64,000 bases of DNA, from positions 9,734,001-9,798,000 of the forward strand of contig OX597825.1 of NCBI GenBank assembly GCA_951406725.2, given 5' to 3'. This document shows, piece after piece, positions 51,647 through 64,000 of this stretch. Positions within the stretch are counted from its first letter, which is position 1; the number at the start of each line of letters is the position of its first letter. The notes beneath the pieces are model-generated. The model ran no database searches and was not told where the DNA came from. It worked only from the letters and a program-made list of their open reading frames with translations. Made by a program: the position numbers and the translations under genes. This stretch comes from Octopus vulgaris. Lineage: Eukaryota.

Positions 51647-51862
51647 ACCCTTCTGTCCGAGTCAGTCGCCATGATAGATCATTAGCCAACAAACATTTTT
51701 TTCTCTCCTTGTTTCTCTCCTTTTTTCTGTGTCCCTTTCTGTAGAGGAGTGTAGGCTCAAAACATTAAAGACTTTTTCAATTCCTGAGCATTATACTAAT
51801 ACATCTGTTTGTTTTCTACACCACCTGTCTTCGTCTTTTGTTTTTTTCATGAACTCTCCCCA
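51428..51862 (+). repeat. Two tandem copies (about 175 bp each) of an element bearing a hammerhead-like motif, separated by (TA)n
   Basis: Copy 1: CUUU CUGCAGA G GAGC AUAG GCUC GAAA CG UA|AAAG (51476-51511). Copy 2 is decayed (51735-51770). Confidence 0.6.
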
Positions 51863-54262
51863 TAAATATATTAACCCTTGTAGAACAGTAATGGTAGCCT
51901 CGCTTTGAGGTTCTAACATGCTGCTACTTCACTTCAGTTTATAGACCACCACCTTGGCAATAACTCGTTTCCTGTGATATAAACTGTGGGTGGTGAGTAT
52001 TTTAGGAGCATAAACTTTGTCAGCTGCAATGGTCTTGTGTGCTTTCTTTTGGACAAATGAGTTGCTTTGGTATGCTATGTGAAACACTCAGGTGAGATAG
52101 ACATTCTTCCTGATGCTTGAATGTTTTGCTTTATAGATAATGGTTCTTCTTTCCATGTCCAATATGCCTGCAGTTCACACAGCACTCAAAGCTTTTGTGC
52201 ATTTTCGTTAATGTAGAAATGTGTTCCTTCCAACTTACAGTCCATACTCAGAATCTGATGTTCCTTCCCTATTATAACTTACAATTTTCAGAAGGCGGTG
52301 AGCTGGCAGAAACACTTGTTAATTGATAATGAAGTGATGTCAAATGTCTCAGCTGTTTGACCTTCTGTAGTACCTACCAATCCTTAAGAACTTTCATCTT
52401 CACCAACATTACATAATGGTTTGATTTACACATGTGTGCTAGAGTCGCAGACACAAAAATCAAGAGTACTCTCTCTCTCCTAGTTGGTCATTTATGGTTT
52501 ACTATAAACCAAGGGAGTTAGTCAGTTGTGTGTGTTGACCAATAATCATCACTGTTTGATTATTGAACATATCTTCATTGTAGTCACTAGATTCTCCAGC
52601 AAGATAACAGACCGTACACCAAACACCATAGTTCCCAAGTCATGAAAGTCAAGTCAGTCATGGTTGGTCTAATTTGTAGATCATCCAGTAAGAAGTTTCT
52701 GAAACAAAAAAGTTCTGAAACAAAACCATATGAGTTTCAGAGCTGCTGGGAGTATATTTTTCTGGGGTTGTGATGTGTGGCAATGTCTAACAGGTCATAC
52801 ACAGCAATTGTACCATTGACCTTATTCTACAAAGGAATAAGGTCAGAGGTACAACAAAAAATAAGGTTCAAGATACATCAGGTCTGAAAAAGAAAATGCT
52901 GGGATGGTCATAAATAGAATGTCTTTTGACCACAGGTCTAGTTGCTCAGTGCTGACTAGGGCCTCAACAACGACAACAACAACAACAACAAATTGTGTTA
53001 TACTTTTACTAGGTTACAGCTATAATAATAATAATAACAACATGTGGGGCATTACACCATGTTATTAGACCAAGCAGCCTCCACAACACCTCGGGGCTAA
53101 TGTGCTTTGATATTTCATGCATTTCTAGTTCGTATAGCTTGTTTAAACAGTAACAAAAACAGCAACAACAACAACAACAACAACATGGTGTTGTGTGTTA
53201 ATGGAAATCTTCTTTAAAGTCTTTCCAAGCAGAGGAATGCAAAGAGATGAATAGCTCATTTGGAATTAGATAGCTTTTCAGATTCCATGGCTGATTAATG
53301 GAAAAAGAAAAGATGGCCACCCCAAGTGGTGGCAGATGATATTCAGAATTACATATAAATGTGGAAATGTGTACGAGAGCATGGATGTGTGTGCATGTGT
53401 GTGTGAGTATGTGTGTGTGTGTGCATATGTGTGTGTGTGCATATGTGTGTGTGTGCATATGTGTGTGTGTACATATGTGTGCATATGTGTGTGCATGTTC
53501 GGGGATGTGTGTGTATGAGTGTGTGTGTGAGTATGTGCATGTTAGAGGATGTGTGTGTATGAGTGTGTGTGTGTGAGTATGTGTGTGTATGAGTGTATAT
53601 GTGTTAGAGTGAGTGATTCTACGTGAGATAGAGAGATAGACAAAGGGGGTCAAAATATGTGTGAGAGAGAAGGGGGGAGAGTGTGTGTGTGTGTGTATGT
53701 GCGTGAGTATGTGCATGTTAGGAGATGTGTATGTATGAGTGTGTGTGTGTGTGTTAGAGTAAGTGATTGTATGTGTGAGATAGAGAGATAGAGAAAAGGA
53801 GTGAGAATATGTGTGAGAGAGAGAAGGGGTGAAAATGTGTGTTATGTGTGCATGCATGTATGTATAAAATAATAAAAAATTGACTAATTTGGCAATTAAA
53901 AAAGTATACATCAAAACCATAAGTTGAAAAACTTAAAGCTGGCAAATGAAAACCTGGATATCAAAGTTACGTTGAATGGCATCAAAAGACTCGCTTCACG
54001 GCTGATTATGTTAACTGTGGTGACACTGCAAGTGATGACTTTTTAAAAGAAAATACTAAAAGGAAGAGGAGGAAGAGGAGGGGGAGGAGGAGGAGGCGGA
54101 GAAGAACAAAAAAATAAAAAATAAAGAAAGAAAGAAAAAGCATTTAAAAAGGTGGAAAGAATGAAACAAGAAATGGTAGAGAGACAGATTGAGTTTCAAG
54201 AAAAAAATATTTCAGAAGACTAAAGAAAACACTCAAAATATATAAATAAGCAACAACAACAA

Positions 54263-54478
<216 letters not shown>

Positions 54479-55049
54479 AATCTCTGAGATCTACAAAGTT
54501 AATGTAAAAATCTGAAAGCTGATGACAATGTGTCTTATGTATCACTGAAAAAAAGACACGGATTGAATATACTTTCTGAGAAAAGAAGACTGTCAAGGGT
54601 TAATGCAGTCTTAACTCACATTGAAAATTGCAACCATGGGACTTCCTACCTACCCACAACAGGCAAATGACTGGATGTTGAAGCTGGTTCTGAAACATGA
54701 AGATATCAAAAAAACTATACTCAGTGACAAGAGGTGCTATAAAAAAAACCTTTGGGAAATGCAGCTAGACAACCCAGTATGCAAAGAAAATGGGTCCCCA
54801 TTTAAAATAAAAGGGACAAAGAAGTATAGCCAAACAAACCAACCTCCAATACAGTAAGGAGAAATAGAAACAAAAACCAACAACAAGACAGAACCTGTTA
54901 TTATCAAGGAAAAAGTCACATTCAATATGATGAAAAGACATAGGTACAAATTCCACCTCATGTAAACTAGAGATGCACAAGAGGTGCACTACAATCACAG
55001 ACAGGCAATCAGAAAAGAAGGACTCGTACAATAATCCTCAAGAGCAACC

Positions 55050-55545
55050 AAGTAGAAGATGCTACCCTGAAGTAGTAAACAACATTTATTAGCTGGGTAA
55101 CCTAACAAACAGTGGTGGGTAAGTATTGTGAATGAGATTTAAGCAGAGCAAGAATGGGTTGGAAAAAAGTTAAATGGCTTAACTCTGCTAGTAACAAAGT
55201 GTTTCTTTTTTAGAATGAAGGGCAGATTGTATGATGCTTGTGTACTGAGTGCAATGCTGCATGGTAGCAACATTGGGCCTTTAATCCAGAGGATTTATAA
55301 ACACTATAAAATGATCATGATCTGCTGGACATGTAAGGTTAACATGCATGAATGATAGAGCAGAAGTTAGCTGAAAGAAGAGTTGTGATGCCAGTACAGG
55401 TATGTGAAGAGTATGGAGGGTGACAGTTGTATTAAACAATGCAGTGCAGGGCATTTATAGAGGATAGAACATGTTGAGAAGTAAGCAGTAGAAAGACTTA
55501 GAATGAAGTAGTGAAAACAGCTTTCAGGATTTGGGCCCTCAAGAC
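55050..55545 (+). mobile_element. Decayed RTE LINE RT C-terminal fragment
   Basis: Broken frames give EVVNNIY*LG, ARMGWKK and RMKGRLYDACVLSAMLHGS. It ends in a 24-bp x3 repeat at 55526-55599. Confidence 0.75.
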
Positions 55546-57692
55546 AAGTAGGATTTGGGCCCTCAAGATGAGTAGGATTTGGGCCCTCAAGATGAGTAGA
55601 TGTTCATTTCAATCCTCCATATATTACATAAATAAAAATTTGATTGAGAGAAACCATGACTGAATGAAAGACAAAACAAAACAAATTTGTTCAAAGATTA
55701 TGTTGGAGATGTTAATAAAGCATAATGTATACCTATTTCTTTACTACCCACAAGGGGCTAAACACAGAAAGGACAGACAAACGGATTAAGTCGATTATAT
55801 CGACCCCAGGCAATAACTGGTACCTATTTAATCAACCCCGAAAGGATGAAAGGCAAAGTTGACCTCGGCGGAATTTGAACTCAGAATGTAATGGCAGACA
55901 AAATACCGTTACGCATTTTACCTGGTACACTAACATTTCTGCCAGCTCGCCGCCAAACATAATGTATACCCCCTATAAAGACAGAGGCCCATATGCAGCA
56001 CTTAGGTTGTTCATAACTCGTCCTTCCTTATATCTCCCTTTTGTCTCTCCCTATGCATGTATACGCGTGTTATAGAATTGGATTTGGGCAATAAAATAGA
56101 GCATTTCCACCATTCAGTTTCCGTGATTTCTTCAGTCTGGTTACAACAACTCACTATAACAGCGGTAACCAGTTACTACAGCCATAGCAACAAGCAGCCA
56201 CTATAGGAATAAATAACAATTCATTGTTATACCAATAACTATATCGCTATAGCAACAGTAAATCACTATAGCAACGATCAACTCCAGTCAAAGCAAAAAG
56301 TTTATTAGAAACCATAACAATCCACCAGAACAACTGAAGCCATGGCAACATCAACCACACAACTTAGTGAAGAGACTAAGAATAACCATACCAGGTAGCA
56401 ACACCCAACAACAATAACAGCAACAACAACAACTGACTGTTGTAGCCAAAATAAATCACCACCAACAACAACAACAACAACAACAACAACGGCTTGCAGA
56501 GTAAGTGGCAGTGACAACAATAACAAATGACCCCCAGCATCAAACCATCAATCTTGACAGAGAAATTAGATTGACCACTGGTGTTGTATGCATGGTATTT
56601 TCTATCAGCAAATTTCAAATATTCAACATCGGTTTCAGTATTGCGGAAGGCGGAGGAGATGGAGGGGAGGGCATGGGGGAATGGGGCGGGCAGATGAGGA
56701 GTTGGAGGGGGTGGAGGAGGAATTGGGTTATTCAGCCTGACCAACAAGATGAAAACCAATTCATCTTTACAGTCAATTAGCCAATCATCTCACGCCATAC
56801 CCACCAACCTTATTTGGACAGTGTTGTCTCATTAGCACCTCATGTCAATTCAGAAATGTCAGGAGCAAGAGTGACTGAAAGGAAATTTATTGGTTTCTTT
56901 TGTGTATCAGAAGGAGGTAGGGAGAGTAAGAGAGAAAGAGAGAAAGAGAGAGAGAGAGAAAAGTGTGGGAGGTATTCCACTGTTCCAAGAAACACAGGGT
57001 AATGTCGTGGGTGAGAAGAGATAGGGGAAGTTCAATGTTGATCAATAATTTCTTGATTTAATTTAGAGGTCAATTTGCATATAGGGTGTTTTACATGACA
57101 ATACAACAGGATGCTGTGGCCTGATCTGTGACCTTTCAAAGGGCCACCAGATTGGATTATTTAACATTTACATTTCCTTCTTGCGATGATGAATTGAGAA
57201 ATGGTAAATTTCATTTTCATATGTGATTCTTAGAAGGAAAACTAAAACCAGAATTTTTCATTAGGCGGTGCATGAAAAGTAACTATAGCAGCGGATGAAG
57301 ATTTTATAATTAATTATTATAGAGGTACCTTTTATTTTCTTCATTCTTTTAATCTGAAGATGAGAGACTCTGCCTACAACCATTATTTCTCAACACCCAT
57401 CGCGATTTTTGGCAAAGGGAAAATTGAATGAGATTTTAACACTTTTTTTTTAATCATTTTATCATCTCTTTCATTGTTATTATAAATAATAAACTGGCGT
57501 TAAAGTGTTGTTATGTGGAGTGGAATAAATAAAGTGCTGTTCATGCTTTCAACAGAGAAGCATTACCATTCTGCATATAATAATGACCATAACAGCATCT
57601 TCAGTTGATTCATGCTCAAGAAATAAATACATCATAAGCAGTTAAAGAAAAGATATACATACATATATATACATATATATATACATACATAT

Positions 57693-57740
<48 letters not shown>

Positions 57741-58205
57741 ATGTATGTATGTATGTGTATATATATATATATATATACATACATACATACATACATATAT
57801 ATACATTTATATACATACATATATAGATATATATATAGACAGATAATATATCATCATCATCATCATTTTTACGTCCGTTCTCCATGCTAGCATGGGTTGG
57901 ACGGTTTGACCGGGGATTTGGGAAGCCAGAGGCTGCACCAGGCTATAGTCTGATCTGGCAGTGTTTCTACATCTGGATGCCCTTCCTAATGCCAACCACT
58001 CCGTGAGTGTAGTGGGTGCTTTTTACGAGCCACCGCCACAGGTGCCAGGCGAGGCTGGCAACGGCCACGATCGGATTGGTGCTTTTTACGTGCCACCGGC
58101 ACTCCAGTCTAGGCAGCGCTGGCATCGGCTACGTTCGGATGGTGCTTTTTACGTACCATACTAATATTTAGATAATATATATATATATTATATACCTTGT
58201 ATGTG

Positions 58206-58267
<62 letters not shown>

Positions 58268-59414
58268 TCATCATCATCATCATCGTCATTTAACGTCCAC
58301 TATAAACGATGATGATATATATATATATATACGACAGGCTTCGTTCAGTTTCCATCTGTCAAATCCACCCACAAGGCTTTGATCGGCCCAAGACTATAGT
58401 AGAAGACACTTGCCCAAGGTGCCACACAGTGGGACTGAAACCCGGACCATGTGGCTGGTAAGCAAGCTACTTACCACACAGGCCACTCCTGCATGTAGCT
58501 GCTTAGTGCAGGCTGCCATACATAAAAACATGAGCAGGAAATAATTTATAATTAATTGAAATTACAGCTCAAACGAGAATTACCAAAGATCAGCCTCACT
58601 CTCTGTTTCTGCATATCACAATCAAAACGAATTGATTAAAATGTCCTGCAGTTCTCTCCCCTGTTTTTCTGAGAACAAGAAATTCATTAATGCTAATGAT
58701 GTTTCTTTCATTAGGGCTGCAATTTCAATTAATTAATTTTTAGTTAATTAATTGAAACTTAATTTTAAATTATTTTTCACTCACCACTTCAAATACGATA
58801 ACCTGTATTCAGCTATATGCACGCACACACACACATACACACACACACACATGCACACACGCACACACACACACACACACACACACTCAAACACACACAC
58901 ACACATACATGAATCATCATCATCACTTTTAAATCTGCTATTTCCATGCTGACACAGACTAGACAGCTACTTCTTGCACCAGTATTCTACAACTGGGTGC
59001 TCTTCCTGATGCCAACCTTTACTAGTTTTCAAATAAGACGAAAGTTCTGGAAGTACTGCTTGTATTTACATTTTGTTGGGTTTTTTTTGTTGTTATTTTT
59101 TTTTGTACACCACATGAATGAATGTCACTGCAGCCCAAACAGTGCCGGTGAAGAGGGATGCAGAGTGAGCACTTACACACACATGCGTCTATGCACATGT
59201 GTGTGTGTGTGTGTATGTGTGTGTGTTTATGTGTGTGTGTATACATTATATATATATATCACCGTGACCGACCAGGCTATCAGATGTTGTTACACATCGC
59301 TGGTCAAAATGCGCTTCGCATTGTTTTAGCCTTCAAATGACGCCACCCCGCTGGCTAAGCGAGCAGGCCATATATATATATATATATATGCATATATATA
59401 AATATGTATGTATG

Positions 59415-59467
<53 letters not shown>

Positions 59468-59754
59468 CACGTGATCACGTGACTGACCAGGCTATCAGAC
59501 GTTGCTACACATCGCTGATCACAATGCGCTTTGCATTGTTTTAGCCTTCAAATGACACCACCCCGCTGGCCAAGTGAGCAGGCAAACAGAAGAGAGAGTG
59601 AGAGAAAGTTGTGGCAAAAGAGAACAGCAGGGATTGCCACCCACCCCCAGGCAGAGCCTCGTGGAGCTTTAGGTGTTTTCGCTCAATAAACACACAGAAA
59701 CCATGATCCTCCGACCGCAAGTCCACTGTCCTAACCACTGGGCCATTGCGCCTC

Positions 59755-59822
<68 letters not shown>

Positions 59823-61249
59823 TGCAGGTGTGTGTTGAGAAGCTTGCTTCCCAACCACATGATTCTGTGTTCAATCCCACTGCATGGCATCTTGGGCAAT
59901 TGTCTTCTACTATAGCCTCGGGCCGGCCAAAGCCTTGTGAGTGGATTTGGTAGACGGAAACTGAAAGAAGCCCGTCATATGTATATCTATGTATGTGTGT
60001 GTGTGTATTCTTTTATTCTTTTATTTGTTTCAGTCATTTGACTGCGGCCATGCTGGAGCACCCCCTTTTTAGTCAAACAAATCAACCCAAGGACATATTC
60101 TTTGTAAGCCTTGTACTTATTCTATTGGTCTCTTTTGCCAAACCGCTAAGTTATGGGAATGTAAACATACCAACATCAGTTGTCAAATGATAGTGGAGGA
60201 CAAACACAGCAACACAAACATATACATACACACATATATATATATATCATGGGCTTCTTTCAGTTTCCGTCTACCAAATCCACTCACAAGGCTCTGGTCA
60301 GTCCGAGGCTATAGTAGAAGACACTTGACCAAGGTGCCATGCAGTGGGACTGAATGAGGAAAGGAAGGAGGAAAAAGGAAAGAGAGAGGGAGAAAGATGG
60401 AACAAAGAATGAAAGAATCAAAGAAGGAAGGAGGAGAGAAAGGAATAAAAGAAGGAAGGAAGAAAGAAAGAAAGAAAGGAAGGAGAAAGAAAGAAAGAAA
60501 GAAAGAAAGAAAGGAAGAAAGAAGGAAATGAAGGAAGGAAGGAAGGAAAGAAAGAGGGAATAATAAAAGAAAAAAGAGAGAAGGAAGGAAAGAAGACAGA
60601 CTAAAAGAGAGAAACGATTACAGAGTGTGAGACAGACAGACAGATAAATGTGGGCTTCCACACAGTTTCAGTCAACCAGATCAACTCACAAGACCTTGGT
60701 CAGACTGGAACTAAAGTAGAAGACATTTGCCCAAGGTGCCACATGTTGGGATTGAACTTAAAATCACATGATTGGCAAGCAAGCTTCTCACCACACAGCC
60801 ATGCCTGCAAACAAATACACACACATATTATTTTTATTATTATTATTATCATCATCATGATTATTATTATTATTAAGTGAGAGAGTAGTGCATGCCATCA
60901 AAGTGACACTGGGGTAAAATATACGAAGCCCAGTATACCCATCATGACTACCCGTCTGATAAGGGTACACCAAGCACATGCATCACAACCATATGTGCGC
61001 GACATGGTGATCTCATATCAAGATAAACAGCACATGACCTTGCAGGTGGGGCCCAGTTAGAATTTTCTTCTGGTCAAGTAGCCCATCCCGCTCAAACGGT
61101 CCCTGAATAAGGGTTGTTTAAGGATGTTGAACGAAACACCCATGTTTCCAGAGGGGAAATATTCAAACCCCAAAGAATTCCTCTCAACACATGGCTATGA
61201 TGCTCCCCAACTACTTCTGCTCATATTATTATCATTATTATTAGTATTA

Positions 61250-61283
<34 letters not shown>

Positions 61284-61284
<1 letters not shown>

Positions 61285-61687
61285 AGTTCTTTTTATCACA
61301 GGTTTTGTTGGAACACCTGGAGTCTTGAATTCATAGCAGGCTTGCTACCTGCACCCTATGGTACCATGCTATCCATTCTTTACAGTTATCTAATACTTTC
61401 CTGATTATTCTGGTCGTGCCAAGGAGACAAACCTTTTGGAACAGTTCTACTGGGCATTCTATTCCTATTTCCTTTATATTCCTCTTGATGCCTTCTGATA
61501 CTGTTCCCAAAGACCCGCCAATAACTGGCACTATCTTCACCTTCTTCATTTCCCATAGCAGGGCTATTTCATATTTAAGAGGGTTGTATCTATCTACTTT
61601 TTCACTTTCTTTCTTGACCATTCGTGGGTCAAAGGGACATGGAAATTCAACTATATAGCATGTGTGGTGCACCTTGAGCACCACCAC
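61284..61687 (-). mobile_element. R4/Dong-like (restriction-like endonuclease) non-LTR retrotransposon 3' end
   Basis: CYIVEFPCPFD..KESEKVDRYNPLKYEIALLW..VPVIGGSLGTV..LFQKVCLLGTTRIIRKVL, followed by a (TAA)n run at 61224-61283. Confidence 0.85.
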
Positions 61688-62645
61688 CAGGTTGCAGCAC
61701 CCTTAAAGCCAGGAACTTTTCAGCAACCCCTCATAAAAATATTGTCTCAAAAAATCAACATGTAACAATCTATTAAGAACACACTACGATATATTACAAT
61801 TTGAGAAATACAGCTAAGAAGACAGTTCATGGAATGTATATAATTCCAAGATTCCTGCTCAGTTCCAATATCAATAGAGTACCATTCCAGAAAATATAAT
61901 AATAGAAAGAAATACTTTATTCAAAATATTTTAAATTCTTGCTATATACCATAACAAGTGAAAATTTTAGATACATTTACTGTTAGAAGAAAATATCCGT
62001 TTAAACACCGTCAGAAAATATATCATCGAAGAATATTGATACAATAAACAGAAATAAAAAGCAAAATAAAACAGTACAGAAAAATACAGCAGCCATTATA
62101 TCTGTATATATGGATGCATTAGCAGCGTCAGAAACATAAAAACTATTGGCTCTTGAAGTGTTAAATAAATACACTCACATACAGACGCATACACACACGC
62201 GTATGTATGTGTGTGTATATATATATGTGTGTGTGCACACATATATGCATACAGATGTATATATGCACACAGACAGTAAAGTATGAAATTTCAAAAAATA
62301 TTTGTTACATAATGTACATAGGTGCAGGAGTGTCTGTGTGGTAAGTAGCTTACTTACCAACCACATGGTTCTGGGTTCAGTCCCACTGCGTGGCACCTTG
62401 GGCAAGTGACTTCAACTATAGCCTCGGGCCGACTAAAGCCTTGTGAGTGGATTTGGTAGAGGGAAACTGAAAGAAGCCTGTCATGTGTGTGTGAGTGTGT
62501 GCACGTGAGTGTGCATGTATATGTTTGTGTGTCTGTGTTTGTCCACCCACCATACCTTGACAACCGATGCTGGCATGTTTACATCCCCATAACTTAGCGG
62601 TTCAGCGAAAGAGACCAATAGAATAAGTACTAGGCCTACAAAGAC

Positions 62646-62933
62646 CTGCAGTTGTCTTATCAGGAAGATAGCATCAGCGATGCTTCTCCCTTGCACAAAA
62701 CCAAACTGCATCTGATCCAGGCTAACTCTCTTCCTAATTAGTTGAGCTATGATCCTCTCTGTAGCTATGATCCTCTCCAGCAGTTTTGATACCTCTGTAA
62801 TTATTTCTGTCTTTGTAATTTTTTTTTTTACCACTGTATGATTCCCTCGTGAACAACCTGATGAACTATACGGGTGACTAGGGCCATATCCTACTCCACC
62901 AGATATTTTAAACATCTCAGCAGTGAATCCTGA
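62646..62933 (-). mobile_element. RTE LINE reverse transcriptase fragment
   Basis: AEMFKISGGVG...ERIIAQLIRKRVSLDQMQFGFVQGRSIADAIFLIRQLQ. Confidence 0.85.
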
Positions 62934-63687
62934 AGAGATTGCTACTGTTTTTGAGCCCCAGGAAACATTGCTTCCAGCTAGCTATACGATACAATATCCA
63001 TGTCCTTACATTTTTGGACAGAGAGTCAAGCACTCCCATCCAGTACAAAACAACATCTGTGTACTGGTTTCTGGGTTATTGCTCTTTATTATCAACACAG
63101 AGTATCTGCCTGGTGGTGTTGCTGAATTCACTGTTCAAAAATACATAGTTTTCAAAGTGACAGTCACTGATCTAATAAAATAGAAATACTATTATTTCTA
63201 AATCTCTCAAAGAGAAATACTCAGTAACAGTTCTTTAAAGTAAAGATATTGTGTCATATAGCCAGTTGGAAATGATGTTTCCTAGGGCTAAACAATAGTA
63301 GCAATCGTCCCTTCCAGGAGAGTCACATTATGTTAGCAAATAGCCTTTAGTTTAAAGAACTGTCACTGAATATGCCTCCTTGAGAGATTTAGAAATAATA
63401 ATGTTTCTACTTTATTAGATCAGTGACTGTGTGTCACTTTGAAAACTATATATTTTGGAACGGTGAATTAAGCAACACCACCAGGCAGCTACTCTGCATT
63501 GATAAAGGACAATAACCCAGAAACAAGTTCATAGATGCTGTTTTGTGCTGGATGTGGGTGCTGAGCTCCCTTTTCGAAGATATTGTGTCATATAGCCAGC
63601 TGGAAATGATGTTTCCTAGGGTTAAACAACAGTAAAAATCATCCCTTCCAGGACAGCCACATTATGTTGGCAAACAGCTTTTACTTT
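62930..63687. repeat. Inverted plus tandem duplication of a unit of about 335 bp
   Basis: 62930-63245 is the diverged reverse complement of 63345-63655, and 63245-63355 is a direct copy of 63578-63687. Confidence 0.85.
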
Positions 63688-64000
63688 ATGTAATTATATT
63701 TTTCAATAAATGATTTCTTCTTCGATTGGCCCATGGCTATTTCTATAAAGAAGGAATTTTGTCAAAGGATTTGAACCTAGTAAATGACTGGTGCTGAAGA
63801 ATTAAAGCAGAGAGTCAACAGTTAAAATTTGAACTTCCTCTCTCTTCAATATACTTTGAAGAAGCATTTTACAAGATTGCTTGACCCGCTAGAAATAGCA
63901 GCCATATTTCCCTTCATCTTAAAAAAAAAGTGGGCACTTTGAATAATCCAGTACTAGATATATTATCTAGATAAAAATATAACACTGGTCACATGTGGAA

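Noticed and set aside
53198-53290. Minus-strand peptide SSAWKDFKEDFH resembling the NPHP4 EWRDFK motif
   Set aside because: It is followed immediately by a stop, has no donor and shows no wider similarity, so it is probably chance.

Overview
This is AT-rich, repeat-dense animal genomic DNA, and the SINE/RTE/microsatellite landscape points to an octopus (inference from repeat families). The whole window appears to lie inside one large minus-strand gene, nephrocystin-4 (NPHP4, a ciliary transition-zone protein). Four phase-compatible coding exons missed by the ORF track splice into 174 aa resembling the C-terminal region of NPHP4: 43364-43284, 22836-22680, 12548-12430 and 5514-5348. The neighbouring exons probably lie outside the window. 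The introns are filled with tRNA-derived SINEs, 5'-truncated RTE LINE 3' ends with (GAT)n tails, CR1 and R4/Dong LINE fragments, mariner and piggyBac-like MITEs, two non-autonomous Helitrons, minisatellites and microsatellites. Almost all long ORFs in the track are repeat artefacts. The most interesting signals are: (1) several families of minimal Penelope-type hammerhead ribozyme motifs, including a tRNA-headed SINE carrying a hammerhead and a U3-A8 core variant; (2) a tandemly reiterated compact pseudoknot-like module in the RTE 3' UTR; (3) RFX X-box and NRF1/YY1/CCAAT motif clusters inside this ciliary gene; (4) several fold-back structures that are candidate dsRNA/ADAR substrates. Repeat boundaries are approximate, and all structures were paired by eye.
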